Part shown: piece after piece, positions 8,785-17,985 of the stretch
Position numbering within the stretch: the stretch's first letter is position 1
Layout: each line of letters starts with the position of its first letter
IMG/VR virus record: IMGVR_UViG_3300035670_009931
Location: 1-64,000 of that record
Direction: 5' to 3' (one strand)
DNA length: 64,000 nucleotides
From: a virus
Notes under the pieces: generated by a model
What the model was told of the DNA's origin: nothing
Database searches by the model: none
What the model saw: only the letters and a program-made list of their open reading frames with translations
Made by a program: the position numbers and the translations under genes

Positions 8785-9900
8785 TTATTTTACATATACA
8801 TCATTTATTTGTCTATTTACTCTTATAAATGTAGTGCATTTACTTAATTGCTTTAAGGATGCTGCACCAACATACGTGCAAGTACTACGCAGCCCACCCA
8901 ATAAATCTAATACAGTATCATTTACTTTTCCTCGATAAGGAATTTTTACAGTACGTCCTTCGCTACTACGATAACTTGCCACACCACCGTGATGTTTTTC
9001 CATAGCAGTGTCACTACTCATGCCATAAAATTCAACAAATTTTTTCCAGTCAACTTTATAGTTATGAATTTGTAAAACACCATTTTTATCAACTTCGCTA
9101 GTTAGGACTTCATTGGTTTTAAAATAATTTGTAATTACTTCCCCACCACCTTCATCATGACCAGCTAACATGCCTCCTAGCATTACAAAGTCAGCACCCG
9201 CACCAAAAGCTTTAGCAACATCACCAGGACAAGTACATCCACCGTCAGCCACAATATGACCACCAAGACCGTGAGCAGCATCGGCGCATTCAATAATAGC
9301 ACTAAGTTGTGGGTAACCTACGCCAGTGACGAGTCTCGTTGTGCATACCGATCCCGGCCCAACTCCGATTTTAACAATATCTGCGCCACGTAGTATTAAC
9401 TCCTGTGTCATATCTGCGGTAACAACATTACCGGCAATGATTGTATGTTTTGGGTATTGTTCTCGGACTTTAGCAACAAAATCTCCAAAATGTTCACTAT
9501 AACCGTTTGCTACATCGATACATATAAAATGTAATTCTGGATACGTATTTAGAATTTGCTGTAATCTAGACCAATCTTTATCACTAATTCCAGTACTAAC
9601 CGCACAGTAATCACCAAATTCAAAAATATTTTCAGTCGAGTGTTCAATGAACTTATCTAAGTCATAGCTTTTAACTAGGCAAGTAAATAGACGGTGTTGG
9701 TAAAGTTCTTTTGCCATATCAAAAGTACCAACACCGTCCATATTAGCTGCCATGATGGGAATGCCTGTCCATTCCCATTCACTATGTTTGAATTTATATG
9801 TCCTTGATAAATCTACTTCTTTACGACTAGATAATGTACTTCTTTTGGGACGTATTAAAACATCCTTGAAATCTAACTTAGTTTCGTCTTCGATTCTCAT
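8785..9900 (-). CDS. guaC: GMP reductase / IMP dehydrogenase-family enzyme (GuaC-like)
   Basis: The N-terminus [23 protein letters not shown] matches GuaC. The active-site loop [11 protein letters not shown] is present. There are no CBS domains, and the size (371 aa) fits GMP reductase. Confidence 0.7.
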   Translation of the reverse strand: MRIEDETKLDFKDVLIRPKRSTLSSRKEVDLSRTYKFKHSEWEWTGIPIMAANMDGVGTFDMAKELYQHRLFTCLVKSYDLDKFIEHSTENIFEFGDYCAVSTGISDKDWSRLQQILNTYPELHFICIDVANGYSEHFGDFVAKVREQYPKHTIIAGNVVTADMTQELILRGADIVKIGVGPGSVCTTRLVTGVGYPQLSAIIECADAAHGLGGHIVADGGCTCPGDVAKAFGAGADFVMLGGMLAGHDEGGGEVITNYFKTNEVLTSEVDKNGVLQIHNYKVDWKKFVEFYGMSSDTAMEKHHGGVASYRSSEGRTVKIPYRGKVNDTVLDLLGGLRSTCTYVGAASLKQLSKCTTFIRVNRQINDVYVK

Positions 9901-9937
9901 GAATTTTATAAATTTTTAATTTTCAAACAAGTATTAA

Positions 9938-10072
9938 TTACTGGATTTCGTAATCTTCTTTACCGCAACCACATTCTGGACAAACAAAATCTTCGGGTAA
10001 TGTATTCCATGCACCTTCTAGATCGTCATCGTGGACATGGCCACATACTACACAAACATGTTGTTCACTCAT
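9938..10072 (-). CDS. Rubredoxin (44 aa; below the ORF-track size cutoff)
   Basis: Hand translation gives MSEQHVCVVCGHVHDD...FVCPECGCGKEDYEIQ with CxxC...CPxCG motifs. Its ATG overlaps the rubrerythrin stop (ATGA). Confidence 0.6.
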   Translation of the reverse strand: MSEQHVCVVCGHVHDDDLEGAWNTLPEDFVCPECGCGKEDYEIQ

Positions 10073-10521
10073 AGTTCAATCCCTTCTAGTTTACGCTTAT
10101 ATGCTTCTGCATGACGCTTTTCAACTTTTGCCAATGCGTCAAACCTCTTTTCTGCCTTCTTTAGAATTTCTAAAAATTCAGCAGCATGTGCTTGTGATTC
10201 ATTGATCTGCTCTGAAAATTCGCTTGCAGCACCATGCTTTTCGATGTTAGCTTGCTTTTCGAACTCAGGATACATTTCAGTGAATTCATAAGTCTCACCT
10301 TCAATTGCTTTTTCCAAGCATTCCTTTGTACTAGGCTTACCGATTAATAGTTCAAGATGACCCCAAGCATGAAGAATTTCTTGATCTGCGGTATGCTCAA
10401 AATGCTTTGCAATATCTTCAAATCCTTCTTCTCTTGCAATCCTTGCAAAATAACGGTATTTAATATGTGCCATGCTTTCTCCAGCAAGAGCACTTTCTAG
10501 ATTTTTTAATGTTACACTCAT
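10069..10521 (-). CDS. Rubrerythrin-like diiron (ferritin-like) protein
   Basis: ExxH diiron motifs (EGETYEF, EILHAWGHLE). The rubredoxin gene lies immediately downstream. Confidence 0.65.
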   Translation of the reverse strand: MSVTLKNLESALAGESMAHIKYRYFARIAREEGFEDIAKHFEHTADQEILHAWGHLELLIGKPSTKECLEKAIEGETYEFTEMYPEFEKQANIEKHGAASEFSEQINESQAHAAEFLEILKKAEKRFDALAKVEKRHAEAYKRKLEGIEL

Positions 10522-10688
10522 ATATTTCCTTTGTTAAGATTTTTTGCTTCTAATTCCCTAAGATCCATAGCCACATCGGCTACACCATGCCAATCTTGAA
10601 GTGCAACCATCACTTGAAGATATTCAAGTAAAATTTCTTTTTGCACATAAAAATCAGAATAGTCTTTATTTAAATATTCGTTATTCAT
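10518..10688 (-). CDS. Small hypothetical protein translationally coupled to rubrerythrin
   Basis: Hand-translated ORF of about 56 aa. Its TGA stop overlaps the rubrerythrin ATG. Confidence 0.35.
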   Translation of the reverse strand: MNNEYLNKDYSDFYVQKEILLEYLQVMVALQDWHGVADVAMDLRELEAKNLNKGNI

Positions 10689-10698
10689 AGTTTTTAAA

Positions 10699-11439
10699 TT
10701 AATAGTTTACTTTTTGCCATGTAGCACCATGAAACGGTGCTTTTTCATTTTCTGGTCTATCCGCTGTATAATAATACAATGCCAATGCAATCCTACTAAC
10801 ATTAGGAGGACAAACTAAAGGTATTGGATGACCATGATATGCATCATCTGTAATAGTAAAAATAACTGCTCTATTGAATATAGGTTTAACTTTTACTACA
10901 CAACGACTCAGATCCCTTTCCCATAATTCTAACTCACCGTTATATTCATCTTTCCAGTCTTCATTTAAATAAAGAAGCAGATTCAATCTTCTATGAAGAT
11001 TGTTTTTCCAATGAATATTGAAATCAGCATGTATATCTAATTTACCACCAGAATTTACTTTATGAATTCCACCACCCAACCAATCACTATCGGTTTGTAG
11101 GTTTTTAATGCCAGTTAAATTTTCTAGAAAATCTAACATTTCTCTAGAATGAAAATACTGTAATACGGTACTAGTAAATGGACAATTCTTTTCTAAAGAT
11201 TCCATCGACTGTTTGAATACATAATCATCTGGAGATGGAGTATAATATTTATTTACTTGTACTCCTGCTTCTTGTCCTTCAATATCGGTATACCAATCAG
11301 TATGATTTTTTATTTCTGACAAGACTAGCTTCATAATTTCTTCTGGAAAGAAATTATCAAGAACAATATGTGGAAATGGCTTTGCTTCCACATATTGTTT
11401 GTGTTTTAATTCAATATTATTTTTTGTATCTTTAAGCAT
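10699..11439 (-). CDS. 2OG-Fe(II) oxygenase-superfamily protein
   Basis: A HxD...H facial-triad-like pattern (LDIHADF ... YHGHPI) in a 246-aa ORF. Confidence 0.5.
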   Translation of the reverse strand: MLKDTKNNIELKHKQYVEAKPFPHIVLDNFFPEEIMKLVLSEIKNHTDWYTDIEGQEAGVQVNKYYTPSPDDYVFKQSMESLEKNCPFTSTVLQYFHSREMLDFLENLTGIKNLQTDSDWLGGGIHKVNSGGKLDIHADFNIHWKNNLHRRLNLLLYLNEDWKDEYNGELELWERDLSRCVVKVKPIFNRAVIFTITDDAYHGHPIPLVCPPNVSRIALALYYYTADRPENEKAPFHGATWQKVNY

Positions 11440-11513
11440 AAAATTAAAAAGTTAATGGGGATATTTATCTCTATCTTTTTTACAAAGAAAGAATTTTTTT
11501 TGTGAAAGTAAAA

Positions 11514-11548
11514 CCGTCTAGAATCATTTTTTTTATGATTCTAGACGA
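11514..11548 (-). terminator. Perfect 13-bp inverted repeat with a T8 loop (likely terminator downstream of the SPFH gene)
   Basis: CGTCTAGAATCAT-tttttttt-ATGATTCTAGACG. It lies inside the 61-aa track ORF 11480-11665, which is probably spurious. Confidence 0.4.
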
Positions 11549-11664
11549 AGACATATATTTTATGTCTTGAGAAGAGGAGAGTTTATTCGCTACTCTAGAC
11601 CCTATATATTGTTGACCTGTCTGGTCACAGATTAACATGTATGTATATGGTCTAGCTATGCACA

Positions 11665-12459
11665 TTATTTAATTGTTCCAAGAGCAGTTAGATTAGATGG
11701 AATAATCATAGTATTTACTTTTCCATCACGTACTGCCTCTGCTATAATCAGGGAGGCTTGAGCTTTCATGTATTCAATAGTTTGAGGACCATTGCTAGCT
11801 AGCATTTGCTGGCGCTTTGCTTCTAGCTCAGCAGTCTTTACTTGAATTTCACGTTGCTTAAGTTCGTTTTTAGCACGAACTAGTTCGTTTGCACTAGCAA
11901 CAACTGAGTCAGCAGGAACAACATTACGGATAAGAACCTGCGTAATATTTAGACTTCCGTCTAGCTTTTCTTCAGCAAGGTTACGAACAATTTCTTCCTT
12001 AATGAAAGTTTCCATGTCTGAGCGGTTATCAGCCATATCCAAAGCCTCGTACTTTCGTGCAGCCTTGTACGCAGCGTTACGAGCATTTTGCACAATATAA
12101 TTATACATTAGAAAAACGTCACCGTCTCCAACTGCGTGGAACGCCCTGTTCTTAGTAGCATATAGTTCACTAACCTGTCCAGGATTGATGTTATAAACAA
12201 CAACTAGATCAAAGTCCTTCATTGTTGAATTGTCCTTTGCAACAGGAGTCATATTCTCCATCACAACATTAACGTCCTTAACTGGAAACGTTAGAACATT
12301 TCCGACGATGGTTTGATTAAAACTTCCAGGAAGTAATTCACCTGGTTGAATCTGCTTAGTAAAGTCAATACGAACCCCTACCTCACCGGTTTCGATACGA
12401 GTACAACCCGCAGCAAGAACGGCAGCGGCAAGAACACCTAGAGTAAAAATACGCTTCAT
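11665..12459 (-). CDS. SPFH/band-7 (prohibitin/HflKC-like) lipoprotein
   Basis: Start placed at MKRIFTLGVLAAAVLAAGC (signal peptide plus lipobox) with an upstream AGGA. The band-7 core is followed by a coiled-coil. GC content is elevated. Confidence 0.65.
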   Translation of the reverse strand: MKRIFTLGVLAAAVLAAGCTRIETGEVGVRIDFTKQIQPGELLPGSFNQTIVGNVLTFPVKDVNVVMENMTPVAKDNSTMKDFDLVVVYNINPGQVSELYATKNRAFHAVGDGDVFLMYNYIVQNARNAAYKAARKYEALDMADNRSDMETFIKEEIVRNLAEEKLDGSLNITQVLIRNVVPADSVVASANELVRAKNELKQREIQVKTAELEAKRQQMLASNGPQTIEYMKAQASLIIAEAVRDGKVNTMIIPSNLTALGTIK

Positions 12460-12570
12460 TTTGAAATTTCCTTTAAATGACAAAATTAAAAATAACTGCC
12501 GCAGATACAACAGCACCTAGAACAAAATACATAACACGACCAACAATATTCATGATAACTTCCTTTTAAG

Positions 12571-12762
12571 TTAGAAAAAGATAACAATCAACGTTAACAC
12601 TGCTAACGTCAGACAAGCACATATTGTACTATATACGATCAACTTTGTCAACTGCCATTTTTCCTTTTGTGTAGTATTACGGACAGAATTAATACCAAAG
12701 TAAAACGCACCAAATAAAACTAGAAATGCAATAATAGCGTTAATCATTTTATACCTGCTCAC
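12571..12762 (-). CDS. Small membrane protein (2 TM)
   Basis: 63-aa ORF with two hydrophobic helices. Confidence 0.4.
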   Translation of the reverse strand: MSRYKMINAIIAFLVLFGAFYFGINSVRNTTQKEKWQLTKLIVYSTICACLTLAVLTLIVIFF

Positions 12763-13213
12763 TCATTTCAAGTTCTTTTTTCAACTTATTAAAAAGTTTA
12801 ATTTTATCTTTTAATTCTTTTTCCTTTTTTTCAGCTAATTTTTCAGCTAATTTTTTAGCTCTGTTGACAGCTAGAACTTCTGCTTTCTTCATACGAGTTT
12901 CATATTCTTTATCTGTTTCTAGACGTTCTACATGAACTACTACATAACTAGCGTTAATATCAATTCGTACTGATCTCTTATAAAGAAATTCCTGCTCAAG
13001 ATACTTTTGCTTGAGTTGTTTGATCTTTTCAATCATATGATCAAACGTTAACGGAGAGTTATCGGTTTCATAAAAAAGACCAAACACTGAATAATGATCA
13101 GTTGAGATTCTTATGGTTTTACGTTGTTTCGATGAGGTATTTGATGCCATGATAATCCCGGTTAGAAGTTGAAATTTTATATTTCTCTGACTAGAGAAAT
13201 TAAATTCTAACAC
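12749..13213 (-). CDS. Hypothetical protein (start uncertain: GTG at 13213 or ATG at 13150)
   Basis: 154-aa ORF with a lysine-rich, coiled-coil-like C-terminus. Confidence 0.4.
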   Translation of the reverse strand: MLEFNFSSQRNIKFQLLTGIIMASNTSSKQRKTIRISTDHYSVFGLFYETDNSPLTFDHMIEKIKQLKQKYLEQEFLYKRSVRIDINASYVVVHVERLETDKEYETRMKKAEVLAVNRAKKLAEKLAEKKEKELKDKIKLFNKLKKELEMSEQV

Positions 13214-13228
13214 AGGATTCAGGTACTG

Positions 13229-13465
13229 TCAATACATTTTTTTAGGTAGTTCTTGATCTTTGAGTTTCTTAATCCACCTAGCACGTGCTGCACTTTGCTT
13301 ACGCTTTTTTACAGTAGTAGGTTTTTCATAATGCATTTTTTTTCTTAAATCTTCAAGAATGCCAAGATCATCTACCCGTTGTTTAAATTTTCTTATGGCA
13401 ACTTCAATAGGTAAGTCACCAACAATAATTTTACTTCCTCTTAGATTATTTTTGTTTTTGTTCAT
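13229..13465 (-). CDS. rpsU: 30S ribosomal protein S21 (bS21)
   Basis: KIIVGDLPIEVAIRKFKQ...HYEKPTTVKKRKQSAARAR aligns with E. coli S21 (VALRRFKR...FYEKPTTERKR). Confidence 0.75.
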   Translation of the reverse strand: MNKNKNNLRGSKIIVGDLPIEVAIRKFKQRVDDLGILEDLRKKMHYEKPTTVKKRKQSAARARWIKKLKDQELPKKMY

Positions 13466-14684
13466 ATTTTTCTTTATTAAAAATTAATAATGGAGATTGT
13501 CCATTAACTACATCCTTATTTATAAGTATTGATTTTAAATTTTTCTCAGCTAAATTCATTGCATCATATTGATATGGTAATAGGATTTTTTCCATAATGT
13601 TTTTTAAACCACGTGCATTTGTTTTTAACTCTTTTGCTTTATTTGCTATTTCTATTAAAGCGTCGTTTTCAAATTTAATATCAATTCCGTCCAACTTAAA
13701 AATATATTCATATTGATTTATTAAACTATTCTTCGGATCTTTTAAAATCCTAACTAAATCTTCAGTAGTTAATTCATCGACACTGGTTATCAAACCAAAT
13801 CTACCAATAAATTCTGGTATAAATCCGTATTGTATTAAATCTTTTGGCGTTACTTCTGTAAACTCAACTAAAGACTTTTCAGTAACTGTTGAAACAGCTG
13901 TATTGAATCCTATAGTTTTTGGTTCTTTTCTACTTTGTATTATTTTTTCTAAACCAACAAATGCACCACCACAAATAAAAAGTATATCAGAAGTATCAAT
14001 TTCCATTATATCAGAATTGGGGTGTTTTCTTTTTCCAGAATTAGGCACTCGTACAATATTTCCCTCTATCATTTTTAGCAAGGCTTGTTGTACACCCTCA
14101 CCACTTACATCTCTTGTAATTGATACGTTTTCTCCTTTTCTAGCGATCTTATCTATTTCATCTATGTAAACAATCCCTCTACTTGCTTTAGATAGATCAC
14201 CATCTGATTCATTAATTAATCTTGAAAGAATACTTTCTACATCATCGCCTACATATCCTGCTTCAGTTAAACTAGTAGCATCACAAATTACAAATGGTAA
14301 ATCTAAATATTCTGCAATCTTTTTAGCCAGCATAGTTTTACCAGATCCAGTTGGTCCTAAGAGTAAAACATTTGTTTTTTCTAGTTTTATAGATTTAGAT
14401 GGATTATTAATTCTTTTAAAATGTTGGCTAACTGCCACTGATAGGGTCATCTTTGCATTTTCTTGACCAATGATATATTCATCAAGATATTCTTTTATTA
14501 AAGAAGGATTTAGTAACTTTTTTGTATTTGGTAAATTTTTTACTTTTTCATCATCTAAAATATCTATGCACAGATCTACACATGAATTACATATTGCAGC
14601 GTATTCACCGACAATTAATTTTTCTACTTCTTCCTTATTCTTTCCACAAAAGCTACATGAATGTTCACTGTTTTTGCTCATCAA
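13446..14684 (-). CDS. clpX: ATP-dependent Clp protease ATP-binding subunit ClpX
   Basis: N-terminal C4 zinc finger (CSFCGK...CNSC), Walker A LLLGPTGSGKT and a ClpX-like IGF-type loop GFIPEFIGR. Confidence 0.85.
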   Translation of the reverse strand: MMSKNSEHSCSFCGKNKEEVEKLIVGEYAAICNSCVDLCIDILDDEKVKNLPNTKKLLNPSLIKEYLDEYIIGQENAKMTLSVAVSQHFKRINNPSKSIKLEKTNVLLLGPTGSGKTMLAKKIAEYLDLPFVICDATSLTEAGYVGDDVESILSRLINESDGDLSKASRGIVYIDEIDKIARKGENVSITRDVSGEGVQQALLKMIEGNIVRVPNSGKRKHPNSDIMEIDTSDILFICGGAFVGLEKIIQSRKEPKTIGFNTAVSTVTEKSLVEFTEVTPKDLIQYGFIPEFIGRFGLITSVDELTTEDLVRILKDPKNSLINQYEYIFKLDGIDIKFENDALIEIANKAKELKTNARGLKNIMEKILLPYQYDAMNLAEKNLKSILINKDVVNGQSPLLIFNKEKYEQKQK

Positions 14685-15063
14685 ATACTCTTTCTAAAAA
14701 TTTATTAATATCTGTGATTCTGTTTTGATTTAAATGATTAATTATTGCTACAAAATTTTCATCTGATGATTGATAAAAAAAGTTATTATTTGCTAACATA
14801 TAACTGGCTAATACATTTACTAAATGGTTTTCCGTATCTAAATCTATGAATTTATAATCACTCCGACTTACTGCGTATAGTAACCAAGAGATATTAGTTT
14901 CATTTGTAAAAACATAAAAATTATAATTTTCTTTTAATTCTATTTCTGACAAGTATTTAGTTACTTTTTCTTGATCTGAATCAGAAATGTTTATAAACAA
15001 AACACTTTTATTATTATTTTCATAAAAGTCTGGTGGAGTTATTAATGTTATTTTACCGTCCAT
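14665..15063 (-). CDS. Hypothetical protein
   Basis: Track ORF trimmed to the internal Met (MDGKITLI...) to avoid an 83-nt overlap with the upstream gene. Confidence 0.4.
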   Translation of the reverse strand: MDGKITLITPPDFYENNNKSVLFINISDSDQEKVTKYLSEIELKENYNFYVFTNETNISWLLYAVSRSDYKFIDLDTENHLVNVLASYMLANNNFFYQSSDENFVAIINHLNQNRITDINKFLERVFDEQKQ

Positions 15064-15064
15064 A

Positions 15065-15424
15065 TTATCCTCTGCGCATCTTTGCGCTATCAATAGCTTC
15101 TTGTTGGTTGAATACTGGTTGTAAACAACTTTTATGTTGTACGACAATACCTTTTACCATATCACCTGTATATTTTTGATTTGGCTTAGAACTTACTGGA
15201 CCAGTAACCCAACTGTTTAAACTTTTTGGTCTAGTGTCAGTAATAATATTAGATTTAATCACCTTAGTCTCAACTGGTTTAGTAGTAACTGGTTTTGTTT
15301 TATATTTGTTTTTTAGTTCTTCCCAGCTTTTTTCAAGAGCCAATGCATTTCGTTTTTGTTCGGCACTTGCCCACTTTTTCTTTTTATTCTTTGAACTTGA
15401 TACAGGTGATGAAATAATACCCAC
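15065..15424 (-). CDS. Hypothetical lysine-rich protein
   Basis: 119-aa ORF. Confidence 0.4.
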   Translation of the reverse strand: MGIISSPVSSSKNKKKKWASAEQKRNALALEKSWEELKNKYKTKPVTTKPVETKVIKSNIITDTRPKSLNSWVTGPVSSKPNQKYTGDMVKGIVVQHKSCLQPVFNQQEAIDSAKMRRG

Positions 15425-15491
15425 AATTTTTCCTCTGAAAGTTAATCCAACTGTATTTTACTTTTTTGTATGAATTAAGTCAAGTACAATT

Positions 15492-16436
15492 TTACCATAC
15501 AAAATTTTCTGAATAATATTGAACTATCTTTTTTAACTCTTTATCAAAATCTGCTTTTGGTATCCAACCTAATTTTTTTATTTTTGAATCATCTAATGCG
15601 TATCTCACATCACCACCTGGACGAGTAAGGTGTTCTATATATGGCCATGGATCTTTTTTACCATTATACAATTTGATTATTTTACTGACAACTTCTATAT
15701 TTGGACATTCAAAGTTTCCATTTATATTGTATATCTCATTCTTGGAATTACTTTTGATTATTGTTATAACAGCATTTGCAGTATCCGAAACATGTAGCCA
15801 ATTTCTTTTTGGTTTACCCTCATCATGTAATTGAATTTTTTTGTCAAGCATTAAATGCTTACAGGTTTTTGGTATTAGTTTTTCAACGTACTGACCAATT
15901 CCATAATTATTTGTTGGTCTAACAATTACGTATGGTAAGTTGAAAGTTCTTGCCCATGCAAGAATTAACATATCTGCTGCTGCTTTAGATGCAGAATATG
16001 GGTTACTTGGTTTTAATAAATCTAGTTCACTATGCTGACCAACTTCAATATCACCATAAACTTCGTCCGTTGAAAAATGAAGTATAGTTGGCATTTTGTA
16101 TATACTTTTTTGTTTGATCAATTCTAGAAGTTTATGCACACCATTGATATTAGATTTTAAAAATACATCGGATGAAACTATGCTGTTATCTACATGAGTC
16201 TCAGCCGCAGTATTAATAACATAGTCACAATCATATAATCTATCTAAATCATTTATATCTGATTTAATAAATTTAAATTGATCTCCATATATTTCCAAAT
16301 CTTTTAATAAATCTATATTAGCGGCATATGTAATTTTATCAACACCAATTACATACCAACCTTGGTCCAAACATTTTTTAGCAATATTAAAACCAATAAA
16401 CCCTAAACATCCAGTAACATACACTACTTTTTTCAT
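15492..16436 (-). CDS. NDP-sugar 4,6-dehydratase / NAD-dependent epimerase (SDR family)
   Basis: N-terminal GxxGxxG (VTGCLGFIGFNI) and catalytic YxxxK (YSASKAAAD). Confidence 0.7.
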   Translation of the reverse strand: MKKVVYVTGCLGFIGFNIAKKCLDQGWYVIGVDKITYAANIDLLKDLEIYGDQFKFIKSDINDLDRLYDCDYVINTAAETHVDNSIVSSDVFLKSNINGVHKLLELIKQKSIYKMPTILHFSTDEVYGDIEVGQHSELDLLKPSNPYSASKAAADMLILAWARTFNLPYVIVRPTNNYGIGQYVEKLIPKTCKHLMLDKKIQLHDEGKPKRNWLHVSDTANAVITIIKSNSKNEIYNINGNFECPNIEVVSKIIKLYNGKKDPWPYIEHLTRPGGDVRYALDDSKIKKLGWIPKADFDKELKKIVQYYSENFVW

Positions 16437-16444
16437 TTTTATCC

Positions 16445-17239
16445 TTAATTAAAATAATTTTTAATTCCAAAATTTAAACCTAATAAATTTATGTTTAAAT
16501 TATCTATCCGAGAACTATTTCCAGTATAATTTAATTTACTATCAGAATCAATAATAATTTCATTTTTTATACCATGAGTATTAACGAATGTTTTTAAAAA
16601 ATCACTGAGTTTAATTTTTTGAGAATATACACAATTAATGTCTTTTATATCAACATCATTTTCTATCACAAATTCCGTTATTTTGCATAAATCTTGTATA
16701 CTTATATAATCAAAAAATCTATCATTAGATAATTTAAAGGTATCATTAGTTGATAGTAACTTTGGAATCAACCTAGTGTTTTTTTCATTAGATCCAAAAC
16801 AACCAAAAATTCTTAAGGTCATCAAGTTATCTTTCTCATAACATAATCTACTCATCATGTTATGACCATATCCATAACTATCTTCTGGCAGTTTTACAAA
16901 TATGTCTACTTCTCTTGCATTCTCTATATTGGTTGTTCTATCAAATTCTGCACCAGACCCATAATGAATAAACTTACCAAACTTAGATGAATTATTATAA
17001 AAATTCATAAAAATGCTAAGATTGTTTCTAGTATCCACTAGTAATGGGTCTGAACTATATGAAACTGCTGTATTTAAAATGCAGTCAAAATAATTACTAG
17101 AAAGAAAATGTTTAACATCAACGTAATTATATAAGTCTAATCTCTCTCTAGTTACAGGTATTACATCAAACTTTTTAGACAAAAATTTTACCAAATGGTT
17201 ACCAATAAAACCATTAGATCCTAAAACAGCTATTTTCAT
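16445..17239 (-). CDS. NAD(P)-dependent sugar epimerase/reductase (SDR fold)
   Basis: N-terminal Rossmann motif VLGSNGFIGNHL. Confidence 0.55.
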   Translation of the reverse strand: MKIAVLGSNGFIGNHLVKFLSKKFDVIPVTRERLDLYNYVDVKHFLSSNYFDCILNTAVSYSSDPLLVDTRNNLSIFMNFYNNSSKFGKFIHYGSGAEFDRTTNIENAREVDIFVKLPEDSYGYGHNMMSRLCYEKDNLMTLRIFGCFGSNEKNTRLIPKLLSTNDTFKLSNDRFFDYISIQDLCKITEFVIENDVDIKDINCVYSQKIKLSDFLKTFVNTHGIKNEIIIDSDSKLNYTGNSSRIDNLNINLLGLNFGIKNYFN

Positions 17240-17985
17240 ATTTTCAAAAGTTCTTTAACGACAAGCTCATTTTCTAATTCAGCTTCATCAAGAAATGGTG
17301 TCATGTCGTGTAAACCAGCTTGTTTACCATTTTTTAATGCTTGAGCAGGTAAAATTTCTTGATCTTTTTTGCAACGACAATCTATGATACATGGGCCGGG
17401 TTTTTCTAGTATAATTGAAAATTTATTTAGATCATTAGCCAATCGCATATCTACAAAATCTATACCAAATGCAGTGGCAACGTTTTTAAAGGAGGGAAAC
17501 CATAAACCAGTTTCATTACTAGTCCCATACACTCTACCTTCAAAATACTTAGTTTGTGTATTTTTAATACTTAAATATCCATCATTGTTCAATATAACAA
17601 ATTTAATATTCAAATCATGTTGTTTGACTGTAGCAAGTTCTTGAATATTACTCATAAAACTACCATCACCTATGATACTAATGACTTGTTGGTTACTTGC
17701 CATACTGACACCAATAGATGCTGGGAGTGCCCATCCCATATCAGCCTGTGCTGGACTAAAAATAAAACGTTGACCTGTCTTAGCATTTAACGCTACTGGC
17801 CCTGCATAACTAATACTACCAGCATCACCCATCAGAATATCTTCAACCCTACTATGTTTATTAATAGCATCTAATACAGCGTAGATATTCAAATCGTAAT
17901 CTCTATTGTTTGCTTCGTATTCTGGTTGCATTACTGGCCATATATTTTTCCAGTGATTGCATTTATCAATCCAATCTTGATTCAT
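17236..17985 (-). CDS. TPP-dependent enzyme, C-terminal TPP-binding (PP) domain (acetolactate-synthase-like)
   Basis: GDGSF...N TPP-binding motif (IIGDGSFMSNIQEL). The ORF overlaps the upstream N-terminal ORF by 4 nt. Confidence 0.65.
   Translation of the reverse strand: MNQDWIDKCNHWKNIWPVMQPEYEANNRDYDLNIYAVLDAINKHSRVEDILMGDAGSISYAGPVALNAKTGQRFIFSPAQADMGWALPASIGVSMASNQQVISIIGDGSFMSNIQELATVKQHDLNIKFVILNNDGYLSIKNTQTKYFEGRVYGTSNETGLWFPSFKNVATAFGIDFVDMRLANDLNKFSIILEKPGPCIIDCRCKKDQEILPAQALKNGKQAGLHDMTPFLDEAELENELVVKELLKI

Noticed and set aside
11480-11665. 61-aa ORF between the SPFH and 2OG-oxygenase genes
   Set aside because: The ORF spans a perfect 13-bp hairpin/terminator. Its sequence is low complexity and it has no RBS. 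It is more likely an intergenic regulatory region.
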